Shown piece after piece: positions 18,443 through 26,784 of a DNA stretch of 64,000 nucleotides (within the stretch, counting starts at the first letter, position 1; the number at the start of each line of letters is the position of its first letter). The position numbers and the translations under genes were made by a program. The notes below the pieces were generated by a model. That model ran no database searches. It was not told the origin of the DNA and saw nothing but the letters and a program-made list of their open reading frames with translations. The stretch spans positions 221,899 to 285,898 of the forward strand of contig CAWGGG010000005.1 in the NCBI GenBank assembly GCA_963822145.1. Direction: 5' to 3'. The DNA is from an uncultured Bacteroidales bacterium (GTDB taxonomy: Bacteria; Bacteroidota; Bacteroidia; Bacteroidales; UBA10428).

Positions 18443-19264
18443 ATGTCAGTTGCTACAACCGATAAACCCAAAAGGATCACCACCCATGTATTGCAGGAGA
18501 TGAAAGTACGTGGAGAGAAAATTTCCATGCTTACCGCTTATGATTATTCCATGGCCAAGATCATTGACCGCGCCGGCATTGATGTGATACTGGTTGGCGA
18601 TTCTGCTTCCAATGTGATGGCCGGTCATGAGACCACCATACCCATTACGCTTGACGAGATGATCTATCATGCGGCATCTGTAGTACGTGCTGTGGAAAGG
18701 GCATTGGTTGTTGTGGATATGCCATTCGGATCCTATCAGGGGAATTCCAAGGAGGCCCTGAATTCAGCCATACGCATCATGAAAGAAACCGGTGCCAGTG
18801 CGGTTAAACTCGAAGGCGGCCAGGAAATCCAGGAATCCGTGATCCGTATCCTATCTGCCGGTATCCCGGTTATGGGACATCTCGGTCTTACCCCCCAGTC
18901 GATTCATAAATTCGGCACCTTTGTGGTAAGGGCGCGGGAGGACCAGGAAGCCAGGAAGCTGGTTGAAGATGCTCATTTACTGGAACTGACCGGATGCTTC
19001 TCCATTGTACTGGAAAAGATCCCTGCCCGGCTGGGTGCTCAGGTAGCCCAGGAATTAAAGATACCCATTATCGGAATCGGTGCAGGCAGGTTTGTTGACG
19101 GTCAGGTGCTGGTGTTGCATGACATGCTGGGTATTACCCAGGATTTCTCTCCCCGGTTTCTCCGGCGGTATCATAATCTTTACCAGGAAATTACCGGGGC
19201 GGTGAATAACTACATTACCGATATCAAGAACCTGGAGTTTCCGAATGACAAAGAGCAATATTAG
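18443..19264 (+). CDS. panB: 3-methyl-2-oxobutanoate hydroxymethyltransferase
   Basis: [36 protein letters not shown]...[10 protein letters not shown]...AVKLEGG is the PanB pattern. I chose ATG at 18443 (the track start at 18413 is an upstream extension). Confidence 0.9.
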   Translation: MSVATTDKPKRITTHVLQEMKVRGEKISMLTAYDYSMAKIIDRAGIDVILVGDSASNVMAGHETTIPITLDEMIYHAASVVRAVERALVVVDMPFGSYQGNSKEALNSAIRIMKETGASAVKLEGGQEIQESVIRILSAGIPVMGHLGLTPQSIHKFGTFVVRAREDQEARKLVEDAHLLELTGCFSIVLEKIPARLGAQVAQELKIPIIGIGAGRFVDGQVLVLHDMLGITQDFSPRFLRRYHNLYQEITGAVNNYITDIKNLEFPNDKEQY

Positions 19265-19305
19265 GGACAAGGGACGAGGGACAAGGGACGAGGGACAAGG
19301 GACAA
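19264..19305. repeat. heptamer tandem array (GGGACRA)x6
   Basis: gggacaa gggacga gggacaa gggacga gggacaa gggacaa. It fills the whole spacer between the panB stop (19262-19264) and the ATG at 19309. Confidence 0.95.
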
Positions 19306-19308
19306 GGA

Positions 19309-20022
19309 ATGGAAGGATTGATTAATATTATTTTCGAGGATAATCACATCATTGCGGTGAACAAAACGCACCACGATCTGGTGCAGAAGGATGTTACCGG
19401 TGACCTTTCCCTGGATGACAAGGTGAAGCACTATATTAAGGAGAAATACAACAAGCCCGGCGAGGTCTTCCTGGGTGTAGCGCACCGGCTTGACAGACCC
19501 GTAACCGGGGTTGTTTTATTTGCCCGCACCAGCAAAGCGCTTACCCGGCTCACCCAGATGTTTCGTGACGGTGAAATGAAAAAAACCTATTGGGCCATCG
19601 TAAAAAGCAAGCCACCCCGGGAAGCGGACCGGCTGGTGCACCATTTGGTCCGTAACACCAAACAAAATAAATCCTATTGCAATGAAACTCCCCGGCCTGC
19701 TTCCAAGGAAGCAGCTTTAACCTACCGGATTATAGGCAAATCGGATAATTACTACTTGCTGGAGGTTGGCCTGGAAACCGGTCGCCATCATCAGATCCGG
19801 GCACAACTGGCGCATATCGGGTGTCCCATAAAAGGGGATCTGAAATACGGATTTCCACGATCAAATCCTGATGGCGGTATCAGTCTGCATGCCCGGGAAA
19901 TCAGGTTTATTCACCCGGTGACCAAAATTGAAACGTTGATCACGGCAGGGTTACCGGAGGGAGACGGACTGTGGGCGGCGTTTACGAGCTTACCTGGTGA
20001 CGATCCACCTCACCCGGCTTAA
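19309..20022 (+). CDS. RluA family pseudouridine synthase
   Basis: Catalytic motif HRLDRPVTGVVLFA and HQIRAQLAHIG, with no S4 domain. 237 aa. Confidence 0.85.
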   Translation: MEGLINIIFEDNHIIAVNKTHHDLVQKDVTGDLSLDDKVKHYIKEKYNKPGEVFLGVAHRLDRPVTGVVLFARTSKALTRLTQMFRDGEMKKTYWAIVKSKPPREADRLVHHLVRNTKQNKSYCNETPRPASKEAALTYRIIGKSDNYYLLEVGLETGRHHQIRAQLAHIGCPIKGDLKYGFPRSNPDGGISLHAREIRFIHPVTKIETLITAGLPEGDGLWAAFTSLPGDDPPHPA

Positions 20023-21353
20023 TGCATAAACAACGACAACACAAAAACCACCACAAACGCTGTTAATCCCATCACTATTGTCGCCGTTGAATACACCTTC
20101 AGGGTATCATCCGCTTCAATTTTGGAGAAGTTTGTGATCACCCAGAAATAGGAATCATTGGCGTGTGACGCAATCATCGATCCCGCGCCCATAGCCAACA
20201 TGACCAGCATTTTACCGGTTTCTCCCGAAAACCCGAGATTGCCGGTCATGGAAGAGACAATTGAGGCAGCTGTTATGATGGCCACGGTGGAAGATCCTTG
20301 CGCGGTCTTCAATACAGCTGCAAGGAGAAAAGGTATCAGCAACCCCAGTCCGGTACCTGATAAAAAGGTTCCGGCAAGCTCCCCGGTCCCGGTAGCCTTG
20401 AGCACTGCGCCAAAGATACCCCCGGCTGCAGTGATGATGATAATCGGACCGGCTTTTTCAATCGAAACCGACAGCACGTGGTTGATTTCTTTTTTAGAAA
20501 TGACAGGAAATAAGGTAAATGAAAGAAACATACCCATGAGCAGGGCAATAACTGGCTCCCCCAGTAAACCGGTAATTTTAAACAACAACAGCGTTGTACC
20601 GGGAAATAAAAAATCAGTCAGTGATTTCAGGGTGATCAGCAGCAATGGAACCAATATGGGAACAAACGATCTCCCGGGTGAAGGCAGCTTATTTGCCACA
20701 GTAACTTCTGGTTCGTTACTTACCGCAGGATTTGTTTTCAGCCGGAATTTCCGGGTGATGAACCTCGACCAGCCATAGCCGGCAAGGGCAGCCGGAATAG
20801 CGACAACAATGCCCATAAGGACGAGCTGGCCAACATTTGCTCCAATAATGCCTGCGGCAGCCGTGGCACCGGGGTGGGGCGGTATCAGGCAATGCACTGA
20901 ATAGAGGGAGCAGGCCAGCGTTGATGACATGAGCACAGGATTAGTCACGCTCCTTGCGGTCAGGGAACGGTTCAGCCCGCTGAGCACTATGAATCCTGAA
21001 TCACAAAAAATAGGCAGACCAGTGATAAAGCCCGTTATGCCAATGGCAGCAGTGGCATTATTCCTGCCTGTTTTATTGAGGATAAAGCTGGCCATGCTGA
21101 CGGTGGCGCCGGTAACATCAAGGGTCACCCCGATGACGGCACCAAAAATGATGATGAGACCAATGGAAGCCATGGTGTCTCCAAAGCCCTTTTTAAGCAC
21201 CGGAACAATATCCTGAAAGGGCAGGACCAGGAGGGCCAGAAACAGTGATACAATAAACAGGGACAGAAACGAATTGATCTTAAGCCAGGATGTCAGGGCA
21301 ATAATGAGCAGGATACCTGCCAGCACCAGGGATAGACCATAAAGGAGCGTCAT
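20019..21353 (-). CDS. GntP family (gluconate:H+) permease
   Basis: 444 aa, ~12 TM segments, with a GntP-like N-terminus and internal blocks (FGDTMASIGLIIIFGAVIG, MLAMGAGSMIASHANDSYFW). Confidence 0.8.
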   Translation of the reverse strand: MTLLYGLSLVLAGILLIIALTSWLKINSFLSLFIVSLFLALLVLPFQDIVPVLKKGFGDTMASIGLIIIFGAVIGVTLDVTGATVSMASFILNKTGRNNATAAIGITGFITGLPIFCDSGFIVLSGLNRSLTARSVTNPVLMSSTLACSLYSVHCLIPPHPGATAAAGIIGANVGQLVLMGIVVAIPAALAGYGWSRFITRKFRLKTNPAVSNEPEVTVANKLPSPGRSFVPILVPLLLITLKSLTDFLFPGTTLLLFKITGLLGEPVIALLMGMFLSFTLFPVISKKEINHVLSVSIEKAGPIIIITAAGGIFGAVLKATGTGELAGTFLSGTGLGLLIPFLLAAVLKTAQGSSTVAIITAASIVSSMTGNLGFSGETGKMLVMLAMGAGSMIASHANDSYFWVITNFSKIEADDTLKVYSTATIVMGLTAFVVVFVLSLFMH

Positions 21354-21386
21354 GGCATTGTGAATTGCTGGTATAAATATAACAAT

Positions 21387-21413
21387 AAAGCCCGGCTTTT
21401 CAACCGGGCTTTT
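21387..21413 (-). terminator. hairpin terminator downstream of the TolC-family gene
   Basis: Stem AGCCCGG/CCGGGCT with an 8-nt loop and T-rich flanks on both strands. It lies 29 nt after the stop at 21442. Confidence 0.65.
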
Positions 21414-21441
21414 GCGGAACTAATGCCTGCATGAAACAGAC

Positions 21442-22785
21442 TTAAAGCACAATCGGCTTATCCATATATAAGTCGAGAATCTTCAGTTTAAAAATATATT
21501 CATATTTGGCCTGCAGCATATTTGACTGAGCGCTGATCAGGTTTTTCTGAGAAATGTTGTAATCGACGGAGTTTACCAGCCCTACCTCAAATTTCTGGCT
21601 GGTATATTTAAAGGCTTCCTCGTTATATTTCACGGCTTCAACGGTGGAGAAGTACTTTTCACGGGCTGCGGAGGCGTCGGCATGCGCCTGCTGAACTTCC
21701 TTGTAAAGGGCATTCTTAGCGATATCGTACTGCAGCTTGGTGTCATTCACCTGCAGTTTGGCATTGCTGATGGAGTTTTTGATCTGCAGCCTGTTGAATA
21801 TCGGAATGGACAATCCGAAGGTGACCTGTTTGTAAAAATTATCTCCCAGCTGTTCTTTTGCCGTATAGGTGCCATCGGGATCCATGGGATCGTCTACGTT
21901 GGGTGAATAACGACTGGACAGGTTACCACTCAGATCAAGTGAGGGGGATACCTGTCCCCAGGCCATAGCCAAATCTTTTTCTGAACTTTTGAGCGCATAA
22001 TCCGCACTGCGAATCTCAGGCATGGTTTGCAGGGCAACATCGAAGATATTCTGAACCGATTCCAGTGGAGATAAAACTTCCACTTCCATGTTCTTGGGCA
22101 CAACAATTTCAAAACCGGCCACCGAATCAAGATCGAGCAGCTGTGTAAGGTCGAGATAAGCAATATCCCGATTATTCTGGGCATTGATAAGCGCGGTTTT
22201 ATCGTCTGACTCCTGGGCCTTGATCTGCAGGTATTCTCCCTGTGCTACATTGCCCACCTCCATCATTTTGCGTGTCCGCTCAGCCTGCATGGAGGTCACT
22301 TCCAGTTTCTTTGCGGCAACATCCGTCAGTTCTTTGGCAAACAGGATTTGAAGGTATGCCCGGGTCAGCAACAGGGCCATGTCGTTCTTGGATTTCTCCA
22401 GATCAGCCTGGCTTTTTAAATAGTCGTACTTTGATTTCAGAATATTGTTATAGGTTTGAAGTCCTGAAAACAAAGTCATATTGCCGTTTAGTCCCATGTC
22501 TCCCGACCAGTAGTCCACATTGACATACTCCAGTTTTGCCATGTCAATGGACTTGCCCGAACTGTAACCGTAATTGACACCGGCATTAAAGCTTGGCACA
22601 GTATTGAAATAGCTTTGCGTGAGGTTGTTTTTATTGTATTGCACGTTCAGTTCCTGTCGTTTGACCTGTAAATTGTTTTCCAGGGCATAGTTGAAGCATT
22701 CCTGCAGCGACCATACTTTTTGTGCTCTAACCGGCATTAAACCTAACAGGCTCATAGCGCACAAAAACAATATTGCTTTTTTCAT
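21442..22785 (-). CDS. TolC family outer-membrane efflux protein
   Basis: 447 aa with a signal peptide and two-repeat coiled-coil/beta-barrel organisation (LQECFNYALENNLQVK..., typical TolC N-terminus). Confidence 0.85.
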   Translation of the reverse strand: MKKAILFLCAMSLLGLMPVRAQKVWSLQECFNYALENNLQVKRQELNVQYNKNNLTQSYFNTVPSFNAGVNYGYSSGKSIDMAKLEYVNVDYWSGDMGLNGNMTLFSGLQTYNNILKSKYDYLKSQADLEKSKNDMALLLTRAYLQILFAKELTDVAAKKLEVTSMQAERTRKMMEVGNVAQGEYLQIKAQESDDKTALINAQNNRDIAYLDLTQLLDLDSVAGFEIVVPKNMEVEVLSPLESVQNIFDVALQTMPEIRSADYALKSSEKDLAMAWGQVSPSLDLSGNLSSRYSPNVDDPMDPDGTYTAKEQLGDNFYKQVTFGLSIPIFNRLQIKNSISNAKLQVNDTKLQYDIAKNALYKEVQQAHADASAAREKYFSTVEAVKYNEEAFKYTSQKFEVGLVNSVDYNISQKNLISAQSNMLQAKYEYIFKLKILDLYMDKPIVL

Positions 22786-22820
22786 AAAAGAGAAGTTTAT
22801 TTGGTTTATTGCAATTATAA

Positions 22821-23114
22821 TTATTTAAGTTTTTTGCGATACAAAACATGGATATGATCTGCATGTTCGTCGGGATTGAATATCTGAATCAGTTCCCATT
22901 CTTTGTCATAATTTTCAATAGCGCTCTTTAATTTATATATTCTGGCCAGCGATCTTTCAAGAGGATCCGTGAGCGCTGAGAATTCATCCTTCACTTCCCA
23001 GGGGAATGATTCCACCCTGAAATTGTACCGGAGCCTCTGTCCGGCCAGGGTAACCTCCACATCGGCAATTTCCTGCTCTTTGAGGTAGGGTATGGGAATA
23101 CAGATCTCTTTCAT
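22821..23114 (-). CDS. hypothetical 97-aa protein (no TM segment, no signal peptide)
   Basis: Tightly packed between the ABC ATPase (12-nt gap) and the TolC gene (35-nt gap). I recognise no motif. Confidence 0.5.
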   Translation of the reverse strand: MKEICIPIPYLKEQEIADVEVTLAGQRLRYNFRVESFPWEVKDEFSALTDPLERSLARIYKLKSAIENYDKEWELIQIFNPDEHADHIHVLYRKKLK

Positions 23115-23126
23115 AGAATGCAGGAA

Positions 23127-23810
23127 TTATAATATCTGCCTGATGTTTTCAGTAACAATGTGCCCGTCGAACAATTGAACGATACGATGGGCCTTATCAG
23201 CGTCGGAAGGGGAGTGTGTAACCATAATGATCGTAGTTCCTTCATTGTTGAGTTCCGTAAGCAGGTTCATCACTTCTTCACCATTGGCTGAGTCGAGGTT
23301 ACCCGTGGGTTCGTCGGCAAGGATCAGCTGGGGCCTTGTTACTACTGCCCTGGCAATGGCAACACGCTGCTGCTGCCCGCCCGACAATTGCTGTGGAAAA
23401 TGTTTTTTGCGATGGGTGATCTTCATGCGTTCCAGCACATCAGCGAGCTTTTTTCTCCGCTCGGTCGCTGAAACTTTCAGGTAGAGCAAAGGCAGTTCCA
23501 CATTCTCATAAACCGTAAGCTCATCAATGAGATTAAAACTCTGAAAAACAAACCCGATATTCCCCTTGCGGAGATTGGTGCGTTGTTTTTCCTTGTATTT
23601 CGCAACTTCCTCGCCATGGAAGTAGTACTGGCCTCCTGTAGGCGTATCAAGCAATCCAAGAATGTTCAGCAGGGTAGACTTGCCGCATCCGGAAGGACCC
23701 ATTATGGCAACGAATTCACCTTTTTCCACGGTAATATTTACCTTGTTGAGTGCTGTGGTTTCCACCTCATCAGTGCGGAAAACCTTTACCAGATCAATAG
23801 TTTTTATCAT
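23127..23810 (-). CDS. ABC transporter ATP-binding protein, MacB/LolD type
   Basis: Walker A GPSGCGKST, signature LSGGQQQR and Walker B ILADEPTGNLD. 227 aa with no membrane domain. Confidence 0.9.
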   Translation of the reverse strand: MIKTIDLVKVFRTDEVETTALNKVNITVEKGEFVAIMGPSGCGKSTLLNILGLLDTPTGGQYYFHGEEVAKYKEKQRTNLRKGNIGFVFQSFNLIDELTVYENVELPLLYLKVSATERRKKLADVLERMKITHRKKHFPQQLSGGQQQRVAIARAVVTRPQLILADEPTGNLDSANGEEVMNLLTELNNEGTTIIMVTHSPSDADKAHRIVQLFDGHIVTENIRQIL

Positions 23811-23842
23811 AATGAGCGTATTAATTTTTGTAACTAAAGTTA

Positions 23843-25108
23843 TTATTTGTTTTTTTTCAGTATCAGCTTATCTGCGTCACCGAAGTTTTCATAGTCAGAG
23901 ATGATGACCTTCTCTCCGGGTTTCAGCCCTTCGAGGATTTCATAGAACCTGGGATTTTGCCGGCCCATTCTGACTTTGCGTCTTTCCGCAATATTACCCT
24001 CCGGATTCAGCACAAAGACCCATTGACCGCCGGTGCTCTGGTAAAACCCACCTTTTGGCAGCAGCAGGGCATTTTCGGATTCTCCGAGTTCAAGTCGGAT
24101 CCGTGCAGTCTGTCCGATCCTGATCTGCTCGGGTATAGGACTGGTGAATTCCATGTCAACCGCGAATGTGCCATTCTGTACTTCGGGGTAAACCTTTATG
24201 ATCCTGAGCGTATTTTTCTGCCCGGCAAAATCGAAATCTGCAGGAAGACCCCTGGAAATCCGCGTTATGTAATGCTCATCGATCATAACGCGCATTTTAT
24301 AGGAATCGAGAATATTGATGGTACCGATACGGGTGCCATAATTGATAACTTCTCCCACTTCCGGATGCAGCGTGGCCAGCTCCCCGTCAACCGGAGCCTT
24401 GATATCAAGATCTTCCAGTCTTCTGCGGGTAAGGTTCAGGTTTTTCTGCATGCGTTCAATGGTCCCTTCATCTGACTGAATCCGGGTTCTGGTGTACACC
24501 GAATCGCGCGCATATTTCTGTCTTTGCAGTTCAAGCTGCATCGTGGTCTCTTCATACTGTTCCCTGGAGTATTCAAATTCCTCTTTTGATATCAGGTTCT
24601 GCGTATTGAGCTTCTTGTTGTTGCTATACTGCCTTTCCAGTTTCTTTAACTGATACTCCAGCTGCAGGATGGTGGAACGGGTCTGAAGGTTCTGGTTCTC
24701 CAGGTTGATGCGGGCAGTTTTGAGATCATTCACGGCGCGGGATACATCTGCTTCGTTGCCTGAGATGTCGAGGAGCAGGTTATAATTGCTCAGGCGGAGT
24801 ATGACATCACCTTTTTTTACCATGGTACCCTCTTCAATCAGGATCTCCTCCACACGACCAGATTCCACTGCATCCAGATAGACAGTTTTTATAGGTTCCA
24901 CAGTACCGTTCACAGAAATATAGTCCTGGTATTTTCCGGCAATCACCTCTCCGATGGTAATCTTGTCCTTTTCAACATTCAGTTTGGCACTTTTATCTCC
25001 AAATGCCATTTGAAACAAAATCAGTAAGAATACCAGACTTCCGATGGCAATCCATATATGCTTTTTTTTCAGACCTTTTTTCTCGATTTTTCTATCCATT
25101 CCTTCCAT
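23843..25108 (-). CDS. HlyD/MacA-type periplasmic adaptor (membrane fusion protein)
   Basis: N-terminal TM anchor, long coiled-coil (LEYQLKKLERQ..., LELQRQKY), and lipoyl/beta-barrel regions. The first ATG is at 25108 (the track start at 25120 is TTG). Confidence 0.85.
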   Translation of the reverse strand: MEGMDRKIEKKGLKKKHIWIAIGSLVFLLILFQMAFGDKSAKLNVEKDKITIGEVIAGKYQDYISVNGTVEPIKTVYLDAVESGRVEEILIEEGTMVKKGDVILRLSNYNLLLDISGNEADVSRAVNDLKTARINLENQNLQTRSTILQLEYQLKKLERQYSNNKKLNTQNLISKEEFEYSREQYEETTMQLELQRQKYARDSVYTRTRIQSDEGTIERMQKNLNLTRRRLEDLDIKAPVDGELATLHPEVGEVINYGTRIGTINILDSYKMRVMIDEHYITRISRGLPADFDFAGQKNTLRIIKVYPEVQNGTFAVDMEFTSPIPEQIRIGQTARIRLELGESENALLLPKGGFYQSTGGQWVFVLNPEGNIAERRKVRMGRQNPRFYEILEGLKPGEKVIISDYENFGDADKLILKKNK

Positions 25109-25157
25109 GTGATGATACAAAAAAGCTGTAAATGAATATTATATTTTAACGTTTTTT

Positions 25158-25173
25158 AGCATGAATTGTGCCA
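25158..25173 (-). promoter_or_regulatory. sigma-54 (-24/-12) promoter candidate for the efflux operon
   Basis: The minus strand reads TGGCAC-AATTC-ATGCT against the consensus TGGCAC-N5-TTGCW. The GG and GC are correctly spaced, ~50 nt upstream of the ATG at 25108. A sigma-54-dependent regulator is encoded divergently. Confidence 0.55.
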
Positions 25174-25407
25174 TTTCTAATAATGGGTTAAAATACAACT
25201 AATTATTAAAATATGAATCATCCTGCAGGTGACTTTTTTGTACAAATTTGAAACACATGCAGTACGAAAACGGACAATCTCTATGGTTCACTTTTATTCA
25301 ATAAAGCAGCTGATCGTCCTGATATTATTCAAAGTAATTATATATTTTTGTTAAGCTGATGAAACAAGAAGGTTTGAGAAACTTACAGGAAGTAATAACC
25401 AGGAACC

Positions 25408-26784
25408 ATGAGTGAAAAAGTCGGAAATATTCTTGCCGTAGATGACAATGAGGACATTCTGTTTGCGTTGAAGCTTTTGCTGAAACCTCATGTCGAAAAG
25501 TTAACCGTTTTAAATAGTCCGGATAAGATCCCGGAAATACTGGGCAAGGAGAATTTCGACATGATCCTGCTCGATATGAATTTCAATAAGGATGCCATTA
25601 GCGGGCAGGAGGGCTTTGATTGGCTGGGCAGGATACTGGAAATTGATCCCCAGGCTGTTGTGGTTTTCATAACCGCATACGGTGATGCCGAAAGGGCAGT
25701 AAAGGCCATTAAATCCGGCGCCACAGACTTTGTGCTGAAGCCCTGGCAGAATGAAAAACTACTGGCCACCATATCTTCTTCCATCAAGTTGAGGCGTTCG
25801 AGGCTCGAGGCCAATGATCTTCGCGCCAAGCAAAAAGAGATGAGTGCTGTGATGGACCAGCCGTTTACCGATTTCGTAGGCAGTTCGGCCAAGATGATGG
25901 AAGTATTCAATACCATTAAAAAAGTAGCACAGACCGACGCCAATATATTGATCCTGGGAGAGAACGGTACGGGAAAGGAGCTGGTTGCCCGTGCTTTGCA
26001 CCGCAATTCTCCCAGACGTGACGAAGTATTTATCAGTGTAGACCTGGGCTCGTTGAGCGATACCTTGTTTGAGAGTGAATTGTTTGGGCATGAAAGGGGA
26101 GCGTTTACCGATGCTAAAAAGGAAAAGCCGGGTCGTTTCGAAATAGCGTCCAAAGGAACGCTCTTTCTGGATGAGATCGGTAACCTGCCCATGCCGCTGC
26201 AATCGAAAATACTTACCGTTATTGAGCGGCATGAGGTAACCCGGGTGGGGGCAAACCGGCCCATCCCGGTGGATGTAAGATTGATCTGCGCTACCAACAG
26301 CGATCTTTATGAGACAGTGAGCAACAACCTGTTTCGGCAGGATTTGCTTTACCGTATCAACACCGTTGAAATACACCTTCCGCCCCTGCGGGAACGTGGC
26401 GACGATATTGAATTGCTCTCCAATCACTTCCTGAAAATCTATGCCAAGAAATACCGGAAGTCACTAAGATCGATCACCGCTGCAGCACTTAAAAAGCTGA
26501 TGCATTACGCCTGGCCGGGCAACGTACGGGAATTGCAGCATGCCATTGAAAGAGCGGTTATCATGACGGAAACCCCTTCTCTTGAACCAGAGGACTTTAT
26601 TTTATCACCCCCGAGAAAGAAATCAGGAGACCTTGAATTTGAGACCTATAACCTGGATGAGATCGAAAGACAGGTGATAGAAAAGGTCATGAAACAGAAC
26701 CAGGGTAATATTTCTCAGGCGGCACAGGAACTCGGACTTACCAGAACATCTTTATATCGCAGGATAGAAAAATATGGGTTTTAG
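25408..26784 (+). CDS. sigma-54-dependent response regulator (NtrC/Fis family)
   Basis: REC domain (ILAVDDNEDI...LLDMNF), AAA+ domain (ILGENGTGKE, GAFTDA variant of GAFTGA, LFLDEIG) and a C-terminal Fis-type HTH (NISQAAQELGLTRTSLYRRIEKYG). Confidence 0.9.
   Translation: MSEKVGNILAVDDNEDILFALKLLLKPHVEKLTVLNSPDKIPEILGKENFDMILLDMNFNKDAISGQEGFDWLGRILEIDPQAVVVFITAYGDAERAVKAIKSGATDFVLKPWQNEKLLATISSSIKLRRSRLEANDLRAKQKEMSAVMDQPFTDFVGSSAKMMEVFNTIKKVAQTDANILILGENGTGKELVARALHRNSPRRDEVFISVDLGSLSDTLFESELFGHERGAFTDAKKEKPGRFEIASKGTLFLDEIGNLPMPLQSKILTVIERHEVTRVGANRPIPVDVRLICATNSDLYETVSNNLFRQDLLYRINTVEIHLPPLRERGDDIELLSNHFLKIYAKKYRKSLRSITAAALKKLMHYAWPGNVRELQHAIERAVIMTETPSLEPEDFILSPPRKKSGDLEFETYNLDEIERQVIEKVMKQNQGNISQAAQELGLTRTSLYRRIEKYGF

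Noticed and set aside
25488-26427. 269-aa and 222-aa minus-strand ORFs inside the sigma-54 regulator gene, with similar cases at 4407..5084, 20158..20778 and 57053..57520.
   Set aside because: They are antisense shadow ORFs within strongly supported genes, with no recognisable domains.
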